DNA from: an uncultured delta proteobacterium | Lineage (GTDB): Bacteria > Desulfobacterota > Syntrophia > Syntrophales > UBA2185 | Direction of reading: 5' to 3' | Length of the DNA stretch: 64,000 nucleotides | Assembly: GCA_963729715.1 (NCBI GenBank) | Contig: CAVSPA010000004.1 | Span: 256,001 to 320,000, forward strand | Program-made: the position numbers and the translations under genes | Shown here: piece after piece, positions 41,311-51,701 of the stretch | Numbering within the stretch: position 1 is the stretch's first letter | How the letters are laid out: every line of letters starts with the position of its first letter | The notes under the pieces: model-generated | What the model was told of the DNA's origin: nothing | Seen by the model: only the letters and a program-made list of their open reading frames with translations | Databases searched by the model: none

Positions 41311-43200
41311 ATGGCAAAATGGAACAAAGAAAAGAGAGTCCTCGACCACGAACATACAAGCTTTTGGAGACATGAACTGAGGGAAGTCGAGGAGCCAAAT
41401 TTACAGAAAGGTGTTTTCCCTTATGACGAGGTGAGCAGGATTGACTTCGATCATAAGATTATCCCGATAACACCGGCGGAAGAAATTATTATTACGGATA
41501 CAACATTCAGGGACGGGCAGCAGGCAAGACCGCCGTACACGGTAAAGCAGATTGTCGACTTATACGCCTTGATGAGCAGGCTGGGGGGGCCGAACGGCGT
41601 CATCAGACAGGCCGAATTTTTTCTCTACAGCAAGAAAGACCGGGATGCCGTGGACAAATGTCTCGAGATGGGACTGAAGTACCCGGAGATTACCGGCTGG
41701 ATAAGGGCGCAGAAGGAAGATGTCAAGCTCGTGAAAGAGTCCGGGCTGAAGGAAACAGGAATACTGACATCGGTCTCCGATTACCATATTTTCCTGAAGC
41801 TTAATACGACGAGGAAGAAGGCTCTCGATTCTTACCTTGAAATCGTAAGAGCTATTCTCGATGAGGGCATCGTGCCGAGATGTCACTTTGAAGATCTCAC
41901 AAGAGGGGAGATTTATGGATTTTGCGTTCCCTTTGCCGTTGAGCTGATGAAGCTCCGTGAAGAAAGCGGCATCGACATCAAGATCAGGCTTTGTGACACC
42001 ATGGGCTATGGGGTGACCTATCCCGGCGCGTCACTGCCCCGCAGTGTTGATAAATTGATCAGAGCCTTTATTGATGATGCAGGCGTGCCCGGTCATTTGC
42101 TGGAATGGCACGGCCATAACGATTTCCATAAGGCCCTGATAAATGCCACGACGGCCTGGCTCTACGGCTGTGGCGGCGCAAACGGTACAATGCTCGGACT
42201 GGGAGAAAGGACCGGCAATGCCCCGATAGAAGGTCTCATTATCGAGTATATAGGACTCAAGGGTACGAACAACGGCATCGACACTACCGCTATCACGGAT
42301 ATAGCCGACTATTTTGAACATGAAATAGGGGTGAAAATTCCCGCCAATTATCCGCTCGTGGGTGCGGAATTCAACATTACCAAGGCCGGCATCCATGCCG
42401 ACGGGTTGATCAAGAACGAAGAGATATATAATATCTTCGACACGACGAAGATATTGAACAGGCCCATCGTAACAATGATTACCGATAAGTCCGGGAAGGC
42501 CGGCATCGCCCACTGGGTCAATACACGTCTCAGCGCGAAGGGGGAGGCTGTAATCGATAAGAAACACCCCGGCGTTTCCAAGATCCATAAATGGGTTACG
42601 GAACAGTACGATGCGGGGAGGGCGACCGGCATATCCCACGAAGAACTCGAGAAATTGGTCCGCAAATACCTTCCTGAACTGTTCATGTCTGATCTCGAGA
42701 AGATCAAGTACATGGCTACGCATGCGGCCATGGACGTCGTGAAACGGGTGACAGAGCACCCCGTCATGAAGTCCATGAAACCGGAGCTCCAGGAACCGAT
42801 CATGCAACAGACGATCGAAGAAAACCCGTCCATACAGTTTTCCTACGTCGTAGATATGAACGGGAAGAAGACAACGAGAAACATCACCAATATCGGAGAC
42901 AGGGCAAAATATGAAAATTACGGAATCGGCACCGATCAGTCAGACCGCGAGTGGTTCATCAAGCCCCTGCAGAGCGGCAAGATGTATGTTACCAATTTCT
43001 ATATATCGAAAATGACGGGGGCCCTGTGCATAACCGTGTCGGCTCCGATCATCGATGACGACGAGGAGATGGTGGGCATCTTCGGAGTGGACATAAAGTT
43101 TGAAGACTGGGTAAAAAGCGTTGAGCAAATGGCAGAAGCGACCCAAATCGCGCTCCGGGAAGAGTATGATGCGAAAAGCAAGTCGGACCGCTGGGTCTAA
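41311..43200 (+). CDS. Re-citrate synthase-like DRE-TIM metallolyase with C-terminal Cache-like domain
   Basis: TDTTFRDGQQARPPY, HGHNDF, LGERTGN, AGIHADG; tail REWF..VTNFYISKMTGALCITVSAPI..GIFGVD. Confidence 0.82.
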   Translation: MAKWNKEKRVLDHEHTSFWRHELREVEEPNLQKGVFPYDEVSRIDFDHKIIPITPAEEIIITDTTFRDGQQARPPYTVKQIVDLYALMSRLGGPNGVIRQAEFFLYSKKDRDAVDKCLEMGLKYPEITGWIRAQKEDVKLVKESGLKETGILTSVSDYHIFLKLNTTRKKALDSYLEIVRAILDEGIVPRCHFEDLTRGEIYGFCVPFAVELMKLREESGIDIKIRLCDTMGYGVTYPGASLPRSVDKLIRAFIDDAGVPGHLLEWHGHNDFHKALINATTAWLYGCGGANGTMLGLGERTGNAPIEGLIIEYIGLKGTNNGIDTTAITDIADYFEHEIGVKIPANYPLVGAEFNITKAGIHADGLIKNEEIYNIFDTTKILNRPIVTMITDKSGKAGIAHWVNTRLSAKGEAVIDKKHPGVSKIHKWVTEQYDAGRATGISHEELEKLVRKYLPELFMSDLEKIKYMATHAAMDVVKRVTEHPVMKSMKPELQEPIMQQTIEENPSIQFSYVVDMNGKKTTRNITNIGDRAKYENYGIGTDQSDREWFIKPLQSGKMYVTNFYISKMTGALCITVSAPIIDDDEEMVGIFGVDIKFEDWVKSVEQMAEATQIALREEYDAKSKSDRWV

Positions 43201-45170
43201 TAACTGCTGTCTTCGTCTATCATCCACTGATCATACGGGCATGCCTCCCTATGCCGCGAAGACGGGGATACTTCCCTGATAAATCTCGATGGGATCTGGT
43301 TTACGCTGCCGATCCCCCTTGCGTAGCTCACCTGCGGATAGCAAAGATAAAGCTGATCTTTTGCCCTGGTTGTCGCTACGTAAAAAAGTCTTCTTTCCTC
43401 TTCCTCGCCCTCCTCGTCCTTCAGGCTGCGGGCCAGGGGCAGCATCCCGTCTGCGCACCAGATCATCAGGACGACTGACCATTCGAGCCCCTTCGCCTGA
43501 TGAATCGAGCTGAGTATGACCTTGTCTCCATCTGTGTCACCCGGTTTGGCTTCATTCGTTTCCGTCATGTTTGTCATCAGCGACAGTTCGCTTAGAAAAT
43601 CCTCCATGGAATGATACCTGGCGGAGAAATTCGCGAATTGTTCGAGATCATCTACCCGTAAAGCAGCGTCAGTATATTTCTCCTGTAAATAATCTTGATA
43701 TCCGCTCTCTAGGAGAATCTCGATAATCGCGGCCGGACTCGCACCGGGAAGAGAATCGATGATTCTCGAAAGCGTTTGACGGCACAGAGCAAGGGACTCT
43801 TTTTGCGCTTTTGTGACCACCTTGGCAAAATCATCGCCCATGGCCGCTTCGAGGGGGTTTTTCCTTTGCACAAGAAACTTCCATAATTTATCCGACGTTG
43901 CTTTTCCTATCTTGCTGTAAAGTCCGAGCACCCTCTTCCAGGCCAGTTCGTCGAAAGGATTCACGATGACTCTCATGTAGGCGGTTACATCTTTGATATG
44001 GGCCTGTTCGAAGAAGCGAATGCCGGAACGGATTTCAAAAGGGATTCCTCTGCGCACCATCTCCATTTGCAGCTCCATAGAGTGATAGTGCGCGCGGTAA
44101 AGGACCGCTATTTCATTGATAGGTACACCTTCACCGAGCAGTTCAAGTATTCTCTGGGCTACAAAATTGGCCTGCTGAATAACGTCGCGGAGCGGTATGA
44201 GGACGGGTCTTATTCCCGTCATACGCACGGAGCGCAGATTCTTCTGATACTGTCTGTAATTATTTTCTATACTCACGTTCGCAAGATGCAGGATCTCCGG
44301 CGTGCTGCGGTAGTTTGTCTCAAGCTTGAAGACCTTGCAGCCGGGATGCCTTTCGGGAAACATGATTATGTTGGCGAAATTAGCTCCTCGAAAGGCGTAA
44401 ATGCTCTGAGAATCGTCTCCGACAGCGAGAACGTTCATATGGGTCGAGGCCAGAAGATCGACAATTTGAGCCTGTATTACATTCGTGTCCTGATATTCAT
44501 CGACAAGCACATGTGAAAACTTCTCTGCATACCGCTGCAATACCGGGGGATGATCCATGAGAAGCTTTCTTGTGTTGATGAGAAGATCATCGAAGTCCAT
44601 GACGTTCAGGATTTTCTTGCGCTGTTCATACTGCGCTGCCGCTGACATTATTTCGTCGAGGCGATTGCAGAAATACGGGTACCTTGTCCGTACGACATCT
44701 TCAAAGGTTGTTTCCGTATTAAAAGAGAAACTGATTATATCACGGAGCACATCCCCTTTCGGAAATTTCTCGCTTTTGGTATCGATGCCGATCTCGGAGA
44801 TGCATGTATTGATGAGTTGCGTTGAATCCTCGCTGTCGAGAATGGAAAAGTTCCGTTCGTAACCCAAGAGAAGGGAATTTGCCCGTAGAATGCGGTGGGC
44901 AATATGATGGAAGGTGCCGCCCCACATGCCGCCTATATCGAATTCGGTAAGGGACGTAACCCGCGAAAGCATCGTGCGCGCGGCCTTGTTGGTGAAGGTT
45001 GCTAGCAGAATCCTGTCAGGACTCATGCCGGATTCTATCAAGCGCGCCACACGGTAAGTCAGTGTCCGTGTCTTGCCGCTCCCGGCGCCAGCAATAACAA
45101 GAACCGGGCCATCACCCTCCATCACTACACGCAGTTGTTCCGGATTAAGTTCTCTTTCGTAATGGATCAT
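43197..45170 (-). CDS. UvrD/PcrA-family SF1 helicase
   Basis: AGAGSGKT, TFTNKAA, DEYQD, NYRS, HQAKGLEW, EERRLFYV. Confidence 0.95.
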   Translation of the reverse strand: MIHYERELNPEQLRVVMEGDGPVLVIAGAGSGKTRTLTYRVARLIESGMSPDRILLATFTNKAARTMLSRVTSLTEFDIGGMWGGTFHHIAHRILRANSLLLGYERNFSILDSEDSTQLINTCISEIGIDTKSEKFPKGDVLRDIISFSFNTETTFEDVVRTRYPYFCNRLDEIMSAAAQYEQRKKILNVMDFDDLLINTRKLLMDHPPVLQRYAEKFSHVLVDEYQDTNVIQAQIVDLLASTHMNVLAVGDDSQSIYAFRGANFANIIMFPERHPGCKVFKLETNYRSTPEILHLANVSIENNYRQYQKNLRSVRMTGIRPVLIPLRDVIQQANFVAQRILELLGEGVPINEIAVLYRAHYHSMELQMEMVRRGIPFEIRSGIRFFEQAHIKDVTAYMRVIVNPFDELAWKRVLGLYSKIGKATSDKLWKFLVQRKNPLEAAMGDDFAKVVTKAQKESLALCRQTLSRIIDSLPGASPAAIIEILLESGYQDYLQEKYTDAALRVDDLEQFANFSARYHSMEDFLSELSLMTNMTETNEAKPGDTDGDKVILSSIHQAKGLEWSVVLMIWCADGMLPLARSLKDEEGEEEERRLFYVATTRAKDQLYLCYPQVSYARGIGSVNQIPSRFIREVSPSSRHREACPYDQWMIDEDSSY

Positions 45171-46191
45171 GGGGATAGAATCCCGTTTCCCTCGCATATT
45201 CGAATTGTCTCTGCCAGGGAATATTCGGATGAGCCCTATCGAACGCTTCTGCGCCTATTAGATTCAGAGATTCAGCATCGATCCTCACCGGATGATATCC
45301 GCCCATGAAACCAAGATCGGGGGACATCATGGGATGCTCTCCGGGCAGACAATCGCACTCTGTGGCTATGTTAATCAAGGCGTTTATCAATAAGGTCCTG
45401 CCGGCAATGCGCTTCCATACGGCTGCCGCTGTTTCGATCAATTTCTCCTGGAAAATCTTATCTTCTATATTCCACAATATCTTCAGCGCCATTTCCGGAC
45501 AGAGAGCAATGCATTGCGCACAGCCGATACATGTGTCGTGATCATAGATGGGATATCCTTCATCGTCAAGCCGCGCTGCCCCCGACGGACACACTTCAAT
45601 GCACGTGCCGCAGCGTGTGCACACCTCCCTTTTCATGTACGGGCGCACTTCCGAATGCATACGCTGCTTCTGCGCCCGGGAAGCGAAACCCATGGATATG
45701 TTCTTGATGGCTCCGCCGAAAACTGCGGCCATATGCCCTTTGAAATGAGAAAAGATTACGAAGCCGTCTGTTTTCTCCACAAGGGAGGCGACTTGGACTG
45801 TCTTAAAATGCTTGAAGCCGGCGGGTATATCTGCAATGTCCCTGCCTTCGGGACCGTCCGCTATCATCACCGGGCAGCCGAGGAACTTTTCCGTATAGCC
45901 GTGTTCGTGGGCCGTCTTTAAGGAATCGCCTGCGATGCGGCGGCCTCCCGAGTAAAGCGCCGTTGTATCGAAGACAAAGGGCTTCGTACCTTGTATCTGG
46001 AGCCACTGTGTAATCTCCCTTGCATAATCGGGTGGCAGGAAGCTGTGATTGCCTTTCTCTCCCCAGTGAAGTTTGATCCCCACTTTATCCCCTTTTTTGA
46101 ACGGGCTTTTCAACTGCTCAAGCAGGGAGCAGAGTTCCCTTGCATAGAGATCAGCCGAGCCCTTAACCTTACGAAACAGAATATCAGCCAT
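45145..46191 (-). CDS. DUF362 domain protein with 2x[4Fe-4S] ferredoxin domain
   Basis: KLHWGE, SHFKGH, GGAIKN, two CxxCxxCxxxCP, CDC; SD GAGGAG before MADIL. Confidence 0.88.
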   Translation of the reverse strand: MADILFRKVKGSADLYARELCSLLEQLKSPFKKGDKVGIKLHWGEKGNHSFLPPDYAREITQWLQIQGTKPFVFDTTALYSGGRRIAGDSLKTAHEHGYTEKFLGCPVMIADGPEGRDIADIPAGFKHFKTVQVASLVEKTDGFVIFSHFKGHMAAVFGGAIKNISMGFASRAQKQRMHSEVRPYMKREVCTRCGTCIEVCPSGAARLDDEGYPIYDHDTCIGCAQCIALCPEMALKILWNIEDKIFQEKLIETAAAVWKRIAGRTLLINALINIATECDCLPGEHPMMSPDLGFMGGYHPVRIDAESLNLIGAEAFDRAHPNIPWQRQFEYARETGFYPHDPLRKRT

Positions 46192-46303
46192 GATGCTTCT
46201 CCTCATATCAATTAAAATGGATGGACTGTATAATAGACTTAACACACCCTGTCAAGTGTGATGCAGCACAGAGATTTCTCGTCCGGGAGCAATCGTCATG
46301 ATG

Positions 46304-47341
46304 TCAGGAAGGCTTTCCCTTCATGTATATCGCTCTTGCAGGATACGGAATCTCAATCCCTTCCTCCCTATAGCGCTTATGCAGCTTTTTTATCAACTTA
46401 TGCTTGAGCGTATTGACCGACAAATGCCCTTCCACGAAGAGCAACACTGAATTGGACACCCGACTTACCAAACTTGTAAAAACTGACGGCCGGCTCAAAA
46501 TCTGCGACGCCTCCTTGCACATCCTTCATGACTCCACGGGCCACTTCAACCGTCACTCCTTCAACCTTGTCAAGGTCGCTCTCATAGCTTACACCGACAT
46601 CTACGGATGTCGATATTTCCTCGCTCAGTATGTTGTAATTCGTAACAATTGCCGATGCCAGTTTGGCATTGGGAACAATTACTGTGTTATTCTCCAGCGT
46701 CATGATCGTCGTATACCGCCATGTTATGTCCTGACATAACCTTCTTCACCGCTTCCGAGTTTCAGATAGTGCCCCGGCTTCACTTTACCGGAGGCTATTA
46801 CGTGAATCCCGGCAAAGAGATTGGAAAGCCTATCCTGAAGGGCAAGAGCTACGGCGAGTCCGCCTACGCCCAATGCCGTCAATATCGGTGTGATTGATAT
46901 TCCGAGAGACTCAAGAATGATGAGCATGCCGATAACGAGAACCAGAACTCTCGTCAAATTCGTAAACATCGACGTCGATACGAAAGTCCCGCCCGCCTTC
47001 CTGCTATACTGGTTGACAAAGCCGACACAAATGCGTGAAATGATCAAGGTAACGGAAAAAATGACGATGACGAGGAGAAGCATATTGAGGAAAACGAGGG
47101 TATCGTGGCCTATGTCGGTGCTTTCCAATGCCCCGTAGATACCTGCGGCAAGGAAGAGGAGCGTGGTAGTCCCATGGAGTGCCCGAACAAATATGTCATC
47201 ACTCTCCCATTTTGTTCTGGCAGCCACACTCTTGATTTCCCGGAGAATAATTCTTTCGAATATGAACCCGAGAAGAAATCCTCCCGCGATGAACATAAAA
47301 GGGAGAATCATCTTCTTGGCCGCCAGGATGTAAGTGATCAT
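46304..47341 (-). pseudogene. MscS-family mechanosensitive channel with two frameshifts
   Basis: LGVGGLAVALALQD..EEGYV / DITWRYTTI..IVPNAKL / KHKLIKKLHKRYREEGIEIPYP in successive different frames. Confidence 0.88.
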
Positions 47342-47511
47342 CTGTTTCTACCCCGCGAGAAGAAAATGTCCTGAATATGATTTCTATGTGCTACACTTTA
47401 ACAGTACAAATTGTTTGGAAGAAAATCAATGAACAAATTCGGAAATCTTATCAATAAATCATAAAGAACTAATGATTTTGGGCCGTGGTAAACGGTAGTG
47501 AGAAAATAATA

Positions 47512-47540
47512 TTGACAAGACATCCATGCACTGGTATAAA
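47512..47540 (+). promoter_or_regulatory. Sigma70 promoter of the trp operon
   Basis: TTGACA-17 bp-TATAAA with TG extended -10. Confidence 0.8.
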
Positions 47541-47570
47541 AGCACAAAATATCGGAAGGACAGTCTATAA

Positions 47571-47642
47571 TTGAACTACTTATTTTTAACAATCATCAAC
47601 TGGTGGTGGCAGAATCCAATGCAGGGGTTTGTCCACCGCTGA
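47571..47642 (+). CDS. trpL: Trp attenuation leader peptide MNYLFLTIINWWWQNPMQGFVHR (23 aa, TTG start)
   Basis: SD GGAAGGA; three tandem TGG at 47601-47609; precedes terminator and trpE. Confidence 0.9.
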   Translation: MNYLFLTIINWWWQNPMQGFVHR

Positions 47643-47664
47643 TTTATTTCGTTGACTAAAGCAT

Positions 47665-47700
47665 AGCCGTGGAGACCTCGTCGGACTCCGCGGCTTTTTT
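47665..47700 (+). terminator. trp attenuator terminator
   Basis: AGCCGTGGAG..CTCCGCGGCT stem with T run; antiterminator arm TCCACCGCT at 47632-47640. Confidence 0.9.
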
Positions 47701-47713
47701 GTTATTGGAGCAC

Positions 47714-47750
47714 AAGAAAGGCCGCAATTGTAAGCGGCCTTTCTTATTTT
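47714..47750 (+). terminator. Second terminator-like hairpin of the trp leader
   Basis: Perfect 12-bp stem AAGAAAGGCCGC-aattgtaa-GCGGCCTTTCTT then ATTTT. Confidence 0.7.
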
Positions 47751-47789
47751 AGCTGAAGCACAAAAGTAGAACGGAAGGAACTTTCGAGA

Positions 47790-49286
47790 ATGTACTACCC
47801 GGCCTTTGACCAGTTTGTGAAATTTGCCGAAGAGGGAAACCTCATCCCCGTGTACAGGGAGATACTCGCCGACATAGATACGCCGGTCTCCGCCCTCATG
47901 AAGCTCAGTACGAAAGCCCATGTCTTTCTTCTGGAGAGCGTAGAGGGGGGCGAGAAATGGGGGCGCTATACATTTCTCGGTTCAGACCCGCGCATTGTCT
48001 TCAAGGTCAGGGGTGACGATGTGCTGATATCTGAAAACAGCAAGAGCAGAGTCCAGAGACACGAAGGGAATCCTCTCAGATATCTGAAGGATTTATTGAA
48101 CTCCTATCGGCCTGTTCTCGTGGATGGGCTGCCGCGGTTTTACGGCGGCGCCGTGGGATTTCTCGGCTACGATATGGTTCGCTATTTTGAAAAAATCCCT
48201 GCCCGTGCTTTGAACGACGTGAAGATGGACGATGCAGTCTTCCTCATCACGGATACGCTGATTGTCTTTGACAATATCAGGCACACGATCAAAGTGGTCT
48301 CATGCGCGGCAACCGAAGGCACCGCGTCCCTCAAAGATGTTTACGACGAGACCATCGATAAGATAGACAGGCTGATAGCAATCATCAGAGCGCCTGTTGA
48401 AGCAACGGAGCGCTACAGAAAGGTGGAAAACGAGGTACCCCTCGGGTCTAATATGTCGGCGGAAGACTTTAAGGCAACGGTCGAGAAGGCCAAGGAATAC
48501 ATCGTCGCCGGCGACATCATACAGGTCGTTCTGTCCCAGCGTTTTCAGGCGAAGAACGGGATAGACCCGCTCGACCTCTACAGGGCGCTCCGTTATGTGA
48601 ACCCCTCCCCTTACCTCTTCTTTCTCAAGCTTGATGAGACGTTTTTGATAGGCTCCTCGCCTGAGGTCATGGTCAGGCTTGACGAAGGAGTCGCGGAACT
48701 CCGGCCCATTGCAGGAACTCGCAGAAGAGGAAGAAACGAGCAGGAAGACAGGCAGTTTGCCCATGAGCTCCTCGAGGATCCGAAAGAAAGGGCCGAACAC
48801 GTGATGCTTGTTGACCTAGGGAGAAATGACCTGGGAAGAATAGCACGGACAGGCAGTGTGCAGGTCAATCAGCTTATGGTCGTGGAGCGGTATTCACACG
48901 TCATGCATCTTGTCACGAACATCCAGGCGCAATTGGCCCCCGGAAAAGATTGTTTTGATCTCCTTGCGGCATCGTTTCCCGCCGGCACACTATCCGGTGC
49001 GCCTAAGGTCAGGGCCATGGAGATCATCGATGAACTGGAGCCGACCAGACGCGGCATTTACGGGGGAGCCGTCGGTTACTTCAGTTACACGGGCAATATG
49101 GACCTCTGCATAACCATCCGAACCATGCTGGTCAAAGACGGAAAGATTTTCATACAGGTGGGCGCCGGCATCGTAGCCGATTCCGACCCGGAGAAGGAAT
49201 ATCAGGAAACGGTAAATAAGGGCGAAGCGATGATGCAGGCCATACGCCTTGCCGCGTCCGGTTTCGAACTGAGAAAGAATATCTGA
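47790..49286 (+). CDS. trpE: Anthranilate synthase component I
   Basis: LLES, NPSPY, GSSPE, PIAGT, AEHVMLVDLGRND, GAPK. Confidence 0.97.
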   Translation: MYYPAFDQFVKFAEEGNLIPVYREILADIDTPVSALMKLSTKAHVFLLESVEGGEKWGRYTFLGSDPRIVFKVRGDDVLISENSKSRVQRHEGNPLRYLKDLLNSYRPVLVDGLPRFYGGAVGFLGYDMVRYFEKIPARALNDVKMDDAVFLITDTLIVFDNIRHTIKVVSCAATEGTASLKDVYDETIDKIDRLIAIIRAPVEATERYRKVENEVPLGSNMSAEDFKATVEKAKEYIVAGDIIQVVLSQRFQAKNGIDPLDLYRALRYVNPSPYLFFLKLDETFLIGSSPEVMVRLDEGVAELRPIAGTRRRGRNEQEDRQFAHELLEDPKERAEHVMLVDLGRNDLGRIARTGSVQVNQLMVVERYSHVMHLVTNIQAQLAPGKDCFDLLAASFPAGTLSGAPKVRAMEIIDELEPTRRGIYGGAVGYFSYTGNMDLCITIRTMLVKDGKIFIQVGAGIVADSDPEKEYQETVNKGEAMMQAIRLAASGFELRKNI

Positions 49287-49297
49287 GGGAGCAACGC

Positions 49298-49885
49298 ATG
49301 ATTCTGATGATCGACAATTATGATTCCTTTACATACAACCTCGTTCAATATCTCGGCCAACTCGACCAGGCGGTTGCAGTCTATCGCAATGACGAGATAA
49401 CCCTAAATGACATAAGAAACATCGCCCCCGAAGCCATCTTTCTCTCCCCCGGCCCGTGTACGCCGAAAGAGGCGGGGATCACTGTCGATGTCATCAGGGA
49501 ATTTCATAAATCAATACCTATCATGGGGGTATGTCTCGGGCACCAGGCCATCGGCTATGCCTTCGGAGGCAATGTGGTCAGGGCAGACAGGCTCATGCAC
49601 GGGCAGACCTCCCCCATCATCAACGATGGAAAGACGATCTTCAAAGGCCTCCCCAATCCCTTCATCGCCGGTCGCTACCACTCCCTGCTGATTGAGCAAG
49701 CCTCGCTGCCCTCATGTCTCATGATCAGTGCGAGGACAGAGGAAGGAGAAATAATGGGCGTGAGGCATCAGGAGTATGCTGTGGAGGGGATACAGTTCCA
49801 TCCTGAATCCATCCTGACACCGCAGGGAAAACGGATATTGAGGAATTTTTTGGAGTTAATTATAAAAAAGGAGAGACTGCAATGA
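49298..49885 (+). CDS. trpG: Anthranilate synthase component II
   Basis: [27 protein letters not shown]. Confidence 0.96.
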   Translation: MILMIDNYDSFTYNLVQYLGQLDQAVAVYRNDEITLNDIRNIAPEAIFLSPGPCTPKEAGITVDVIREFHKSIPIMGVCLGHQAIGYAFGGNVVRADRLMHGQTSPIINDGKTIFKGLPNPFIAGRYHSLLIEQASLPSCLMISARTEEGEIMGVRHQEYAVEGIQFHPESILTPQGKRILRNFLELIIKKERLQ

Positions 49886-50892
49886 TTAAGGAAGCAATTG
49901 CCAAGGTAGTAAACCGCGAAGACCTCAATGAGCCTAAAATGATGGAGGTCATGGATGAAGTCATGGACGGCAAAGCGACGCCCGCGCAGATAGCCGCTTT
50001 TATGACCGGCCTCAGGGTCAAGGGTGAAACCGTTGCCGAGGTTACAGGCGCTACCCGCATCATGCGCAGAAAAGCCACGAGGATAGACGCCCGGTCCTCG
50101 ATCATTGTGGATACCTGCGGGACCGGCGGCGACGGCATGCAGACTTTCAATATCTCCACTACCGCCGCCTTCGTCGTGTCTGCTGCAGGCTTGACGGTTG
50201 CCAAGCACGGGAATCGTGCTGTCTCGAGCGGGTGTGGGAGCGCCGACGTTCTGGAAGCATTGGGCGTCAAGATCGATGCCCAGCCGGAGATTGTCGAAGA
50301 GTGCATCCATCAGATCGGCATTGGTTTTCTCTTCGCGCCTAAACTACACAGTGCGATGAAATATGCCATCGGCCCACGCAGGGAGATCGGGATACGGACG
50401 ATATTCAACATGCTTGGACCTTTGACAAATCCCGCCGGCGCTACATCTCAGCTCATCGGCGTCTATGATGCAAGACTTACGGAGATGTTTGCCGGCGTTC
50501 TTAAGAACCTTGGCACAAAGGCGGCCTTCGTGGTTCATGGCTCGGACGGTCTGGATGAGGCAACCGTAACCGGGAAGACACGCGTCACGGAACTAAGGGG
50601 CGGTCTTATCACCACCTATGATATCGATCCGCAGTTCTTCTTCGGCGACATTTTTCCAGGCGAGGCGCTTCTCGGTGGTGACGCATCGGTGAATGCAGAG
50701 ATTACAAAGAGTGTATTGACCGGTGCCGCCGGGGCCTGCAGAAACATTGTTCTTCTCAACGCGGCTTTGGCAATTATGGCGGGCGAAAGGGCCAAAACCA
50801 TCAAGGATGGAATCGAGATAGCCAGGGAATGCATAGACGGCGGCGCCGCCGTAAAAAAACTACAGGCCTTGATCGAGCTCAGCAACAGTTGA
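49882..50892 (+). CDS. trpD: Anthranilate phosphoribosyltransferase
   Basis: [23 protein letters not shown]. Confidence 0.98.
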   Translation: MIKEAIAKVVNREDLNEPKMMEVMDEVMDGKATPAQIAAFMTGLRVKGETVAEVTGATRIMRRKATRIDARSSIIVDTCGTGGDGMQTFNISTTAAFVVSAAGLTVAKHGNRAVSSGCGSADVLEALGVKIDAQPEIVEECIHQIGIGFLFAPKLHSAMKYAIGPRREIGIRTIFNMLGPLTNPAGATSQLIGVYDARLTEMFAGVLKNLGTKAAFVVHGSDGLDEATVTGKTRVTELRGGLITTYDIDPQFFFGDIFPGEALLGGDASVNAEITKSVLTGAAGACRNIVLLNAALAIMAGERAKTIKDGIEIARECIDGGAAVKKLQALIELSNS

Positions 50893-50905
50893 ACGGATTG
50901 TCAAC

Positions 50906-51682
50906 ATGATTTTAGAAAGGATTATCGAAGTAAAGAAGGATGAAATCGCTGATCTGAAAAGGAGAAGGCCGCTTCAGGAGTTGAAACATGCTATTGCCGA
51001 CATCCCTTGCCCTCGCAATTTCTCTGAAGCCATAAGCGGACGGCAATGCGCTATCGTTGCGGAAATCAAGAGGCGCTCGCCCTCAAAGGGAATCTTGAGA
51101 AAGGATTTTGATCCTGTCCGGTTTGCCCTCATCTACGAAGAGAGCGGCGCTGCGGCTGCCTCCGTCCTCACCGATAAGGCATTCTTTGGCGGTGATGAAG
51201 CTAATCTCGCTGATATAAGAATATGCGTCGGTCTGCCTCTCCTGAGAAAAGATTTCATCATCGACCTCTATCAGATTTATGAGACCCGTTATCTCCAGGC
51301 GGATGCAATCCTGCTCATTGCAGGAATCCTCGAAAGGGAGCAGCTGAGAGAATACGCCGGTATTGCACAATCTCTCGGTCTTTCGGTACTCTGCGAGGTG
51401 CACTCTGAGGAAGAGTTGGACAAGGCGCTCGCCTCCCGGGCCAGGATCATAGGGATTAATAACAGGGATCTCACAACCTTTTCGGTGGATTTGAATACCA
51501 GCATAAGTCTCGCTGTCTCCGTTCCCGCGGACAGGATCATCGTAAGCGAAAGCGGGATCCGGTCCAGAAGCGACATTGAGACCTTAATGAATGCCGGCAT
51601 TCATGCATTTCTGATCGGCGAGACACTGATGACGTCTGACGATATGGGGAAGAAGTTGCAAGAGCTTCTGGGCAACATATAA
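50906..51682 (+). CDS. trpC: Indole-3-glycerol phosphate synthase
   Basis: AEIKRRSPSKG, LRKDF, GINNRDL, SESGI. Confidence 0.98.
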   Translation: MILERIIEVKKDEIADLKRRRPLQELKHAIADIPCPRNFSEAISGRQCAIVAEIKRRSPSKGILRKDFDPVRFALIYEESGAAAASVLTDKAFFGGDEANLADIRICVGLPLLRKDFIIDLYQIYETRYLQADAILLIAGILEREQLREYAGIAQSLGLSVLCEVHSEEELDKALASRARIIGINNRDLTTFSVDLNTSISLAVSVPADRIIVSESGIRSRSDIETLMNAGIHAFLIGETLMTSDDMGKKLQELLGNI

Positions 51683-51701
51683 AGAACAGAAAGAACGAAT
51701 A

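Noticed and set aside
42031..42807. 258-aa minus-strand ORF and similar long antisense ORFs across the window
   Set aside because: Fully overlap well-supported genes on the opposite strand.
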